A DNA stretch of 64,000 nucleotides from a virus, in IMG/VR virus record IMGVR_UViG_3300045988_113120, positions 24,222-88,221 of that record; one strand, given 5' to 3'. Both the position numbers and the translations under genes were made by a program. This document shows positions 55,056 through 63,900 of this stretch, piece by piece. The notes beneath the pieces were generated by a model. That model did no database searches. It saw only the letters and a list, made by a program, of their open reading frames with translations, and was not told the DNA's origin. Within the stretch, counting starts at the first letter, position 1, and the number at the start of each line of letters is the position of its first letter.

Positions 55056-56422
55056 ACTTCATCATCCTCACTTTCTTCATTATCATATAAGTTTTCCACT
55101 GGTGCTGTCTGCTGGAACATATCGGTTGGAGATAGATTTCTTGCTTCACACATTGCACAAAAGACTTTTAATACCTTATCCCATTCATGCTCCTGAATCC
55201 ACTGTAGAAATGGTTTCTTCCCACGTTTCTTAACATCAATCTGATATTTGTATTGCAAGTTCTTATAAAGCTCGTTCCACATAACAGAGAATTGTGTTCC
55301 TGTAACCGCAGCCAACTTTCTAATCCCAGCGTTCATCTTGTTTCGATCATCCCACGTTAAAATTTCCGCTGCTAATAGCTTATTATCATTCTGCAATTTC
55401 TGATTCTCTTCTTTGAGTTCTTTGTTTTGTGTTCGTAAATCAGTTACCATAGCAAGCTTGACATCCTCAGAAAATGATGGGAAGTAGTGTTCAATGAACT
55501 GTGACTCTTTCCCAAAGTCAACTGCACCGCCTGTCTTACGGATGTTTCTAAGGTATTCTTTGATCTGCTTCTTCATCTGCTTGGCAATCGGTTTGCGTGA
55601 CTGCATACACACTTCATAAAGCCCATCTTCTGTGAGAAACCAAAACGGATCACGACTCTTTCCATTTGAATCAGTAGGTATAGTTTCTTGACTTAAATTT
55701 TTGGTAGGAACATTATTCACACCTAAAATTTTGGTCTTATATTTTTCATCAGAATCAATGGTTTTTAACATTTTACTGACATTGTATTTTCCATCAGTTT
55801 GGTTGTAATCAATCCATTCCGCTACATCTCTCGCAAGGAATAACGGATCTTCAATACTTCTATACAGATCAATTCGTCTGCCTAAAATTTCCGTTGTGTC
55901 AACAAGCTGCACACCTGCCTCTACCTGTTCTTGTTCCCTCTGTTCTTCTATCGTGATATAATCATTAATGAAAACATAATATCTTACGCTCTCAGCAAGA
56001 TTTGAAGTTTCCATCAGCAAAGACAATCTGATCAAGCATTTAAGAGTAAACACCTTAGCACCCTTGTAACCGAATGAGATATTCAATCCGTTCGGATACG
56101 TTACCATGATTCTTCCCTTCTGTTTTTCCGCTGTTGCGTTCTGACCATCAATGATCTCCTGCACTGTCTTAACTTCCATTCCATCTGCTAAAAACTCTTT
56201 ACGATACTTCGTACACAACCTCTTGACTTCATCAACATCCCCGTCAAAGAATCGTGCTACCTGTTCTGTAGTGATATAATCTCGTCCAGGAAGCCACGGG
56301 ATCGGCTTGATTGTAACCTGTTTTAAAAGTTCTGTGTTCTGCACTAACTCATCCCTCTTTGCTTTATCCAAAATTGGATCGCAAGGGATTTCCATTTCGT
56401 TTAGATTCATAATTAATTCCAC
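55046..56422 (-). CDS. Hypothetical protein (458 aa), possibly antirepressor-like
   Basis: Long ORF with a central coiled-coil (KELKEENQKLQNDNKLLAAEI). There is no firm motif. Confidence 0.4.
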   Translation of the reverse strand: MELIMNLNEMEIPCDPILDKAKRDELVQNTELLKQVTIKPIPWLPGRDYITTEQVARFFDGDVDEVKRLCTKYRKEFLADGMEVKTVQEIIDGQNATAEKQKGRIMVTYPNGLNISFGYKGAKVFTLKCLIRLSLLMETSNLAESVRYYVFINDYITIEEQREQEQVEAGVQLVDTTEILGRRIDLYRSIEDPLFLARDVAEWIDYNQTDGKYNVSKMLKTIDSDEKYKTKILGVNNVPTKNLSQETIPTDSNGKSRDPFWFLTEDGLYEVCMQSRKPIAKQMKKQIKEYLRNIRKTGGAVDFGKESQFIEHYFPSFSEDVKLAMVTDLRTQNKELKEENQKLQNDNKLLAAEILTWDDRNKMNAGIRKLAAVTGTQFSVMWNELYKNLQYKYQIDVKKRGKKPFLQWIQEHEWDKVLKVFCAMCEARNLSPTDMFQQTAPVENLYDNEESEDDEVWN

Positions 56423-56503
56423 CTTTCTTATGTAAAAATTTGTATTAAAAAAGACACTCTGGAATTTCCCATAAGTGTCCTAGTTACCTATATTAATTTG
56501 TAT

Positions 56504-57043
56504 TCATTCTAATTCTAGTTCATCAATTTCTGGCGTATCAGAATGTTCCATTTCCATTAACCCTTCGATACTTGTTCCAAGCAAAGTAAGAGCCGACTTA
56601 AATCGGTTCGGATCAATATATCCTGTAGGTCTATGCCAAAAATTTTTAGCAAAATCTGGATCTTCTTTTTCCAATTCATATGCTATGTGATCGGCTTTAT
56701 CGTACAATAGCCTTGCTCGTGTTGGCAGTTTCATCGGTTCATATCCTCTACTCTGCTGTCTGTAATCTTCTATTATGTTATCCCAACTAAGATCATCAGG
56801 GATCTTTTCTATTATATACACTTCCTGTAAAGCTTCCTCTGGTACATCAGGATAATGAATTAGAGCATACCTCTCTTTTCCATTCTTAACATATTTATAT
56901 ACTTCATGTTCAAGATCTGGAAGTGCTACATATTCTAATCCGTTTTTCTTTAGTCCATCTACCCAGTTTGTTTCTGTAAATGTCTGAACCCATACATCTT
57001 TCCCATAATGCTTGAATTTATTCATATTCATAACTCCTTCCAT
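56504..57043 (-). CDS. Hypothetical protein
   Basis: 179 aa ORF. Confidence 0.4.
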   Translation of the reverse strand: MEGVMNMNKFKHYGKDVWVQTFTETNWVDGLKKNGLEYVALPDLEHEVYKYVKNGKERYALIHYPDVPEEALQEVYIIEKIPDDLSWDNIIEDYRQQSRGYEPMKLPTRARLLYDKADHIAYELEKEDPDFAKNFWHRPTGYIDPNRFKSALTLLGTSIEGLMEMEHSDTPEIDELELE

Positions 57044-57077
57044 ATATAATCTGCTTTATCAAATAATATTTTCCATT

Positions 57078-57248
57078 CTATCTTCCATTCCAAAGATCGG
57101 AAAAGAACTTATAAATACCATACAGAATAGCAACAAATGCTATAACCATTAAAATTCCATAACCACCACCTAAAATAGCTCCTAACATATATTCCAAAGT
57201 GTCCTCTGGAACGATAAATATAATTATTAATAATAAAACCAATGGCAT
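57078..57248 (-). CDS. Small two-TM membrane protein (56 aa)
   Basis: MPLVLLLIIIFIVPEDTLEYMLGAILGGGYGILMVIAFVAILYGIYKFFSDLWNGR, preceded by an AAAGGAGAG RBS. It is below the ORF-track length cutoff. Confidence 0.4.
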   Translation of the reverse strand: MPLVLLLIIIFIVPEDTLEYMLGAILGGGYGILMVIAFVAILYGIYKFFSDLWNGR

Positions 57249-57355
57249 AATTTACTCTCCTTTGCTCTGTTCTTTAAGTTTTTTGTTTGTCTTGTATCTC
57301 AACTAATATGTATATATTATCATCTTCTCTGACTGTAGTAAACAGTCCATAAAAA

Positions 57356-57562
57356 TTACACTTCGCTTTCCTCTACCTCACTTGCAAATAACTCGTACTC
57401 ATAGTCGTAACCACCGCCATCACAAGGAATATCAATATCTCCTGTATTAATCTTTTCCGCTACAATATTTCTTGCTTCATCCTCTGTTTCTGCTTTAATT
57501 TCAACTGATCTCTTATATGTTTCTACAACATCTATTATATATTTTTTCATGTAAATTTCCAT
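57356..57562 (-). CDS. Small acidic hypothetical protein
   Basis: 68 aa ORF. Confidence 0.35.
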   Translation of the reverse strand: MEIYMKKYIIDVVETYKRSVEIKAETEDEARNIVAEKINTGDIDIPCDGGGYDYEYELFASEVEESEV

Positions 57563-57567
57563 CCTTC

Positions 57568-57921
57568 CTATTGTTTTTCTAGTGCTTCAATAAAAGTCTT
57601 ATACATAAGAATATCTTGCTTAAGACAGTTCTCAAAGACCACTTTGCCTTTTTGATTAAGAAATAAATCAGAAGAAAGATTTTGTAATCGTATTTCATAA
57701 TTTTTCTTTCGTCTATTTAATTTTTCCAACAATTCTTCTCGTGTTCCACATTGTCGGATGTCGGGACCTAAGCTACTATTTAATTCCATATCATTTCCAT
57801 ACCAATAGAAATTTCTTTTTGAGTCTGGGCTGCATACCAATTTACATACTACACCAAGACCATCTGGTTTGGTCGTTGTTCCATAATTTGATTCTACTAA
57901 AACTCTCATGATTATTTCCAT
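57568..57921 (-). CDS. Hypothetical protein
   Basis: 117 aa ORF. Confidence 0.4.
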   Translation of the reverse strand: MEIIMRVLVESNYGTTTKPDGLGVVCKLVCSPDSKRNFYWYGNDMELNSSLGPDIRQCGTREELLEKLNRRKKNYEIRLQNLSSDLFLNQKGKVVFENCLKQDILMYKTFIEALEKQ

Positions 57922-57948
57922 CCTTCCTACGATAAAATTGACATTCTA

Positions 57949-58179
57949 TTAATTAATAGATCCATCTGCATTGACCAATCTATTTTCCATATCTGCGTTG
58001 TTATCTGCAATATTCTGCAATACATAAAACAGTGGATCATTTGCCTTAGATAATTTTCCAATGCTTTCAGTCAACATTTCCATATCTTCTTTATAATCAT
58101 CTACAAACGTGTCATAGCCCATGTCTAAAGACATATTGAATAAAATGTTTGCAATTCTTTTTACTTCGTTATTTTCCAT
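57949..58179 (-). CDS. Small hypothetical protein
   Basis: 76 aa ORF. Confidence 0.35.
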   Translation of the reverse strand: MENNEVKRIANILFNMSLDMGYDTFVDDYKEDMEMLTESIGKLSKANDPLFYVLQNIADNNADMENRLVNADGSIN

Positions 58180-58193
58180 AACTAATCACTCTC

Positions 58194-58388
58194 CTATTCT
58201 TTAATCTCATTTGCAATGTCGTTTCTTGTTCCTCTGATAGAGCATCCTTCTGTATCATGTCGCATCAGGATCTCGTAAATCTGTTCTTCCTCTTCCTCTG
58301 TTAAGGAAAATCCTCCCCAGTATCCATAATCATTCTCTCCGTGACACATAACGATTCCGATAATTTCCTGTTTTGTTTCTGTATTCAT
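58194..58388 (-). CDS. Small hypothetical protein
   Basis: 64 aa ORF. Confidence 0.35.
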   Translation of the reverse strand: MNTETKQEIIGIVMCHGENDYGYWGGFSLTEEEEEQIYEILMRHDTEGCSIRGTRNDIANEIKE

Positions 58389-58423
58389 AATCTCTCACTC
58401 CTGTTCTGTGATAAAACTTTTCT

Positions 58424-58470
58424 TTTAACTCAAAAAGCGATACCTATAATAGATATCGCTTTCTAAGTAT
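58424..58470 (-). terminator. Rho-independent terminator after 58493..59206 (minus strand)
   Basis: On the minus strand, agcgata-loop-tatcgct is followed by ttttt. Confidence 0.45.
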
Positions 58471-58492
58471 TTTTATTTAATTGTTTCCGATT

Positions 58493-59206
58493 CTACTTAT
58501 GTTCTTTATATTCCCATTGTAAAATCCATAACTCTGCAATTCCACCAACCATATATTGCGGATTAAGGTCTTTATAAGAACCACATCCAAACTTATAACA
58601 AAAGTTCTGCCATAAGTTTTTAAAATATGTTCGGCTCTTTTCCTTATACTCAGGTGATTTAGCACCACCTAAAAGATCCGCAACTCTCATTCTGGCTGTC
58701 TTAAGCAAAATCTGCTGTTGCTTATAATTGATCGTTGAATAATCAATCATAGATTTGAATGTGTCTGCACAAGATACAATACTCTCTACAGCTTCTTCAA
58801 ATTTTCCAGTTGATAAAACCATTCCATTCTCAACAGGCTGTAAGTTTTCCATTGTTTCTTTGAACTTAAAATATGTATTAACTAATTTCCGTTGCACATC
58901 CCATGCAAGATCATCCGTAAATGATTTCACGATTAACAGATAACCACTTTCTGTTAAAAGCACAATATCTTGATGTAATCTTTCTGACACATACATGATG
59001 TTGTGTCGACGAATTTCGTCGGGACAAACTTTAAAGTAATCCTCGTTCTCAATTAAATGATTTCTATTCTTTCTAAAGTTTCTCCCTGCCGTTCCGTCAG
59101 GTCTTTGATGAACTCTGTCAATATCTTTGAATGTAACAACTCTCTGCCCATTCCATTCTTTGACTTGTAAATCATTTTCTCCGATCTTAATACTGTTTGT
59201 TTCCAT
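58493..59206 (-). CDS. ORF6N/Bro-N domain protein (antirepressor family)
   Basis: 237 aa. The N-terminus VVTFKDIDRVHQRPDGTAGRNFRKNRNHLIENEDYF matches the ORF6N/KilA-N pattern. Confidence 0.5.
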   Translation of the reverse strand: METNSIKIGENDLQVKEWNGQRVVTFKDIDRVHQRPDGTAGRNFRKNRNHLIENEDYFKVCPDEIRRHNIMYVSERLHQDIVLLTESGYLLIVKSFTDDLAWDVQRKLVNTYFKFKETMENLQPVENGMVLSTGKFEEAVESIVSCADTFKSMIDYSTINYKQQQILLKTARMRVADLLGGAKSPEYKEKSRTYFKNLWQNFCYKFGCGSYKDLNPQYMVGGIAELWILQWEYKEHK

Positions 59207-59503
59207 CTTATCTAAGTCCTTTCTGTAAAAATATAATTTCCATCACTCTTGTATACTTCACAGCTTTTAGATGTTTCGGCTTTTCGTAGCTTCCGTTCTC
59301 AGGTACCTACTAAATACAAGATATTCAATTCTCAATGTGCTATTAAAACAAATTGGAATATGTGAAAATGAATATTTCCACTTGAAAGAATTGATAATTT
59401 GATATATACTCAATTTGTTCGGATTGGGTATATATCTTTCCATTCGTGGAAGATATCTTACACATTCTTTGGTGGTAAGTTCCAGCTTGCCACCTTTTTT
59501 GTT

Positions 59504-59695
59504 TTACAAGGTTTTAGGCGTTACAGTGTATTTCATTTCTACTCGAACGTCAATTTTCCCATCAACATACGACTGCAATAATGCTTCTGCAACATCACTA
59601 TATTTTAATGAATTACACTTGCATTTCAGCTTAAAACTTTCTTGTAAGGTTTCTTCGATTTGGATCGACATTGGTTTTCTTGCCATTTCTCTCAC
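59504..59695 (-). CDS. Small putative ribbon-helix-helix DNA-binding protein
   Basis: 63 aa. The N-terminus KPMSIQIEETLQESFK resembles the RHH beta-strand-plus-helix arrangement. Weak call. Confidence 0.3.
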   Translation of the reverse strand: MREMARKPMSIQIEETLQESFKLKCKCNSLKYSDVAEALLQSYVDGKIDVRVEMKYTVTPKTL

Positions 59696-59850
59696 TCCTT
59701 ACAATGATATAATATCACTTTTTTAATTGCTCGTCAATAACTTTTTTAATTATTTTAAAGTAATTAAATCTGCATTTTATTTTCCATTAAAAAAGGAAGA
59801 TACATCTCTGCATCTTCCTAGATTACCTTGTTCTTGTATTAAATTTTCCG

Positions 59851-60195
59851 TTATTCTTTTTCCCCAATAAGCTGGATGATACAACCAAAATCTCCAGCAC
59901 GATATACTCTAATTTTGTCTGCACTATAATCTTCTGTTAATCCTTCATCGTCATAAATTTTAAGCCATGCTTTGAACCCTGATGATGTTTCGAATTCCAT
60001 CTCTAAGGTATAGTGATCTCCGATCTTTACGTTCTCATCTACGACATAAGCATTATATCTTCCATCAGAGCCAAAATTTAAGATGTTCGCTTTTAATCCG
60101 TCTTTTGTTGTGCCTACAAAAATTAAAGCTGCAATATCACTATCTCCGATAAACTGTCTTTCGTATTCTTTATATGATTTCATATTTTCCACCAT
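59851..60195 (-). CDS. Hypothetical protein
   Basis: 114 aa ORF. Confidence 0.4.
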   Translation of the reverse strand: MVENMKSYKEYERQFIGDSDIAALIFVGTTKDGLKANILNFGSDGRYNAYVVDENVKIGDHYTLEMEFETSSGFKAWLKIYDDEGLTEDYSADKIRVYRAGDFGCIIQLIGEKE

Positions 60196-60202
60196 CCTTA
60201 TT

Positions 60203-60667
60203 CTATAAACAATAACTAATTAACCATTCTCTTCCATCGTACTTTACAAAACTATACCCATCCATTGGAATTTTTGTTTCCAACATCTTCTTAATTTTCT
60301 TATCAGCTTCAATTTCATCTGCATCTTCATGAAAATTTTTCATAAATTCAAAATTTTCTGTAAAATCTTCTAATGTATAAACAACTGTGCCATTGTTTAA
60401 ATGCTTTTCTGCTTCTTTTCTAGTACAGCCATCTTCCATTAAAATTTCAACATTTTTTTCCATAGCCCAGAGTTCTTTTAAAAGCTGGATCACAAATTCT
60501 GGATATTCCATAAAGTAATACCATTCATAAGCTGATTCTATCTGATCCATTTCTTCTCTAGTGAGATCTTCATAGTATTCGTCGGTATATCCGTTTACAT
60601 TTGCCCACGTTTCAAAATCCATTGCTGTTCTCTGGAATTCTTTTACCTTGTCACTAATTCGTTGCAA
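60203..60667 (-). CDS. Hypothetical protein
   Basis: 154 aa ORF. Confidence 0.4.
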   Translation of the reverse strand: MQRISDKVKEFQRTAMDFETWANVNGYTDEYYEDLTREEMDQIESAYEWYYFMEYPEFVIQLLKELWAMEKNVEILMEDGCTRKEAEKHLNNGTVVYTLEDFTENFEFMKNFHEDADEIEADKKIKKMLETKIPMDGYSFVKYDGREWLISYCL

Positions 60668-60676
60668 GTCATTTTT

Positions 60677-60922
60677 TCAATTTGTGATCAAAGGTTTTCC
60701 ATAATCATCATAAAGATCTTCCCATAAGTCGTTATTCCATTTTGATTTTGGTTCATGCTGTATGTAAATGTTTGTTGATCCATTTATATTCCAGCCCGTT
60801 GTAGCAACTAATTTTCCACTTTCTTTTTCTACTCCATAAAACATTCCAGGCTTCACGCAAAATCCAGCGTATGAAGCATGGTTAAAATGTTCTGGCAAGA
60901 TCATTTCTTTAAATTCGTACAT
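60677..60922 (-). CDS. Small hypothetical protein
   Basis: 81 aa ORF. Confidence 0.4.
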   Translation of the reverse strand: MYEFKEMILPEHFNHASYAGFCVKPGMFYGVEKESGKLVATTGWNINGSTNIYIQHEPKSKWNNDLWEDLYDDYGKPLITN

Positions 60923-60976
60923 AATTTCCAGCCTTTCTGCCTATTTAGGACTTTAAAATATTAACTGTTCTCTTAT

Positions 60977-61005
60977 ATTATACACGATAATTTCCATCGT
61001 GTGAA
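60977..61005 (-). promoter_or_regulatory. Consensus-like minus-strand promoter (TTCACA-17-TATAAT) with an operator-like palindrome in the spacer
   Basis: On the minus strand: TTCACA, then cgatggaaattatcgtg (17 nt), then TATAAT. The spacer contains the perfect inverted repeat CACGAT-ggaaatt-ATCGTG. It sits upstream of the 60677..60922 gene. Confidence 0.5.
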
Positions 61006-61007
61006 GT

Positions 61008-61065
61008 GGCGGAGTGGAAATTGAACCCACCGATAAAAGCACTCTTTTATCTACCATACGCCACC
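61008..61065 (-). other. tRNA 3'-half-like sequence (T-arm plus acceptor 3' strand) preceded by an 8-bp hairpin; possible tRNA remnant or att-core-like sequence
   Basis: Minus strand: GTGGG-TTCAATT-TCCAC (T-arm-like) followed by TCCGCCA-C. Upstream, TGGCGTA could pair 6/7 with it. Between them is gataaaag-agtg-cttttatc. The total is only ~58 nt, too short for a tRNA. Confidence 0.25.
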
Positions 61066-61220
61066 GTTTTTCCGTTCCAATACGTCACTACCATCAACCA
61101 GTAGTACAGTCATTCCGTTCATTTAAAGTAACTATTAGCTTCAATAGTCGAGTCTTTCCGTTAGGGTGTATACTCATATCATCATGAGTAGTAAAAGCCT
61201 TTAATTGGCTATGTAATAAG

Positions 61221-61484
61221 CTATGCACGGCATACAGAGAAGTTGAATAGATTAGTTGGATCTTCTTTTAAAATTTCTGTCATTCCGTCAATTGCTTCTT
61301 GCTGTGTTCTGTATTTCCGAAAAGTTCCGAACGTGTTCTTATACAACAAGAAATATCTGTATCCAAACAAATCATCGTTAATTCCAACGTTCGGAGGATT
61401 TTTTGTAAAGTATAACGTGTTATACTTTCGTTCTACGTGACACGCTAATGATTCCATAGTTGTTCTGCGACTCATTCTTTTCAC
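61221..61484 (-). CDS. Hypothetical protein
   Basis: 87 aa ORF. Confidence 0.4.
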   Translation of the reverse strand: MKRMSRRTTMESLACHVERKYNTLYFTKNPPNVGINDDLFGYRYFLLYKNTFGTFRKYRTQQEAIDGMTEILKEDPTNLFNFSVCRA

Positions 61485-61491
61485 CTACTTT

Positions 61492-61689
61492 CTATTCTTC
61501 TAAATTTTTAGAATAAACATCAACATTACGTTTGTTATCACGACTCCAGCCCCACCCATAATATTTTCCACTCATCCCGCAATCTTCAAGATCGTACTCA
61601 ATACTAAGATCCCAGTATTCATCTGGATTTGTACAGAAAATTTCCGTTCTACCATCGGGATATGTATTTCTTGTTATCATAATTTCCAC
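61492..61689 (-). CDS. Small hypothetical protein
   Basis: 65 aa ORF. Confidence 0.35.
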   Translation of the reverse strand: MEIMITRNTYPDGRTEIFCTNPDEYWDLSIEYDLEDCGMSGKYYGWGWSRDNKRNVDVYSKNLEE

Positions 61690-61697
61690 CTTCCTTC

Positions 61698-62306
61698 TTA
61701 TCTGATTTTTCCATTATCTGTCACGGCTTCTACGTCATCGCAGTAACTATTGCAAGGATTCCATACACAATAGCTTGTTACGTGCTTTCCTTTGCGTACA
61801 CGTTTGTTATATGCAATGTAGTAGTTTTTTCCATACGTTCCATGTCTACCACCAGCAGAAACACTTTTGATAATTTCCACGTAAATCGTATGCTTTACAG
61901 CACGTTCACGGATCATTTTATCGGTTAGTTTGTTTGTACTGATATATTTAACCTTGTAGGCGTTTAAATCGTAATTTCTACGTATATAATCGTTTACAAG
62001 TTGTATATTTCTATCCTTTGCATTGATCTTTACGATCGAATCATCGAGCTTGTTTCTAGTGCCATGAGTGTTAAAATTTACAGTTATGAGTGTAGTCCCT
62101 GGATAGGCATATGATTCCTTACGAACTTTCCAGCAATGACCATCTGCCGTATCAATTGTACCGTCACTGTTATAAATACCGTTTATAGTTCTGCACGTGT
62201 TTCTTTTTGTCTTTGCGTGTATAGTATTTTCCAGCATTAAAAAAACCGTAAACATGAGTGCTACGGTTAATAGGATCTTGATTGTTTTATTCTGTTTTGT
62301 TTTCAT
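61698..62306 (-). CDS. Secreted/membrane-anchored hypothetical protein
   Basis: 202 aa with an N-terminal signal/anchor (ILLTVALMFTVFLMLENTIHA). Confidence 0.45.
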   Translation of the reverse strand: MKTKQNKTIKILLTVALMFTVFLMLENTIHAKTKRNTCRTINGIYNSDGTIDTADGHCWKVRKESYAYPGTTLITVNFNTHGTRNKLDDSIVKINAKDRNIQLVNDYIRRNYDLNAYKVKYISTNKLTDKMIRERAVKHTIYVEIIKSVSAGGRHGTYGKNYYIAYNKRVRKGKHVTSYCVWNPCNSYCDDVEAVTDNGKIR

Positions 62307-62326
62307 TGCGTTCTGTACCTTCTTTC

Positions 62327-62551
62327 CTATTCTTCTATATCTGTATCATCAAAAAATCCAACGCAAGCAAGCATATAGACAGCGGTAATCATTACCAATA
62401 ATGCTTCTAAAATGAAGGCTTGCGGTATTCTTATAAACGTAACAATAGCCGTTACAATCCATACAATCGCAACGGCTATATCTGTTAGTTTTGGTTTATG
62501 TAATTGTGTTTTTTCCATTGTTCTTTCCTCCTGGTTTTCTAATCGTTCCAT
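62327..62551 (-). CDS. Small two-TM membrane protein
   Basis: 74 aa with hydrophobic helices. Confidence 0.4.
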   Translation of the reverse strand: MERLENQEERTMEKTQLHKPKLTDIAVAIVWIVTAIVTFIRIPQAFILEALLVMITAVYMLACVGFFDDTDIEE

Positions 62552-63177
62552 ACTGTACCATCTGCCAAAAATTCCATATCATCAAGAAACGGATCAGCTT
62601 CTTCTCTATCAATTTCATAGAAATAATCGTATCCGCTTTTTTCAAACATTCCACAAATATTTTCAAAATATTCTTTTACAAGTTTGTCAAACTTTTTAAG
62701 AATATCTTTATTGATTATAAAATCAATTTCATTTTCTTCCATTTCATTTTCCAAACAATCAATCATATAATCATATATATCCATCTCAAAAGCTCGACAA
62801 AAAGATGATCTGTCATTTCTCAATAAATCGAATTCATAAAAGTCTGCGATGTCATCAGCTTTCTTAAGATATTCAATTTCTGATTCTGTCAAATTATCCT
62901 TGATACGTTCTAAGATGTCTAAAAATTCGATTTTTCCATAAAGGTTGAATCCATCCCCTTGACAAAAATTCAAGGAATATTGAAAGTCTAGATCTTCCAG
63001 CTCATAAATGTCATCCAACGTATCACGAACCATCGTTGAAAAATCTTCGGTCGTGTGATACGTTTCTAAGTACCATTTATCCGCCCTTTCTCGTGCTTCT
63101 TTGGATAGTTCGTTATATCTATACACTTTATATTCTTTCGTTGCTATTCTCATATCTTTCCACCTCCTACTCATCAA
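62539..63177 (-). CDS. Highly acidic hypothetical protein
   Basis: 212 aa, rich in D/E/Y/F (e.g. DDIYELEDLDFQY; EEADPFLDDMEFLADG). Confidence 0.4.
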   Translation of the reverse strand: MMSRRWKDMRIATKEYKVYRYNELSKEARERADKWYLETYHTTEDFSTMVRDTLDDIYELEDLDFQYSLNFCQGDGFNLYGKIEFLDILERIKDNLTESEIEYLKKADDIADFYEFDLLRNDRSSFCRAFEMDIYDYMIDCLENEMEENEIDFIINKDILKKFDKLVKEYFENICGMFEKSGYDYFYEIDREEADPFLDDMEFLADGTVWND

Positions 63178-63418
63178 CTTTTTCTATCATGAAGTTACCA
63201 CCGTGGTATAGATTGAGTCCGTGATTTCCACCAGTAATATACATATCATCAGTGATTCCATCACGTTCTATATCTTCATCTGTAATGAATACACCCATAT
63301 TTCCATCAGATTCTAGTTGATCGATCGCAAGATCTAAAATTGTACCATAGTCCGTTGTAGGTTCGTCAACTGTTACAAGTTCGCTGAAATAACCAAAAAT
63401 CACTCTATATTTTGTCAT
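63167..63418 (-). CDS. Small acidic hypothetical protein
   Basis: 83 aa ORF. Confidence 0.35.
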   Translation of the reverse strand: MTKYRVIFGYFSELVTVDEPTTDYGTILDLAIDQLESDGNMGVFITDEDIERDGITDDMYITGGNHGLNLYHGGNFMIEKVDE

Positions 63419-63513
63419 AATATCCTTCTTTCTGCCCTTTACGGGACTTTATTTCTATTTATAAGTTCAACAAAATAGACAAGCCGTGTTTTGACTTGTC
63501 TATAATATTCAAT

Positions 63514-63876
63514 CTATAAATACACCACAAACTCTGAAAAATCAACAGTATCATATAAGTTCTTGATTTTCTCATGATACACGTTATCCAGTTCTTCTTG
63601 AGTATCTACCCACGGCATACCATTAAAAACCTTCTCAGCTTCTTGTAAAATATACTGTTTTGCTAATGGTTGTAAATCACATACAACCGTTTCTGCTTCT
63701 TTATGTGGGCAGAACGCTTCAATAAGATCCATTCTTATATTATCTTGAATATAATCATCTAAACTTGAACCGTTCTTTTTATCATCCGATTTATTAAAAA
63801 ATTCTAACAGTTGCCCAACCGTTAGAATTTTAATTTCATTATCATCATATTCATCTGCATATAAATATTGTTCCAT
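63514..63876 (-). CDS. Hypothetical protein
   Basis: 120 aa ORF. A terminator-like hairpin lies downstream at ~63440..63480 on the minus strand. Confidence 0.4.
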   Translation of the reverse strand: MEQYLYADEYDDNEIKILTVGQLLEFFNKSDDKKNGSSLDDYIQDNIRMDLIEAFCPHKEAETVVCDLQPLAKQYILQEAEKVFNGMPWVDTQEELDNVYHEKIKNLYDTVDFSEFVVYL

Positions 63877-63900
63877 AATTCAAACACTCCTTTTATTTCT

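Noticed and set aside
58477-58668. 63-aa ORF overlapping the ORF6N gene, and 54970..55158
   Set aside because: They are nested within longer same-strand ORFs in other frames. There is no independent support.
61008-61065. Complete tRNA gene at 61.0 kb
   Set aside because: Only ~58 nt. It lacks D-arm and anticodon arm. The central hairpin has a 4-nt loop. It is kept only as a tRNA-3'-like fragment.
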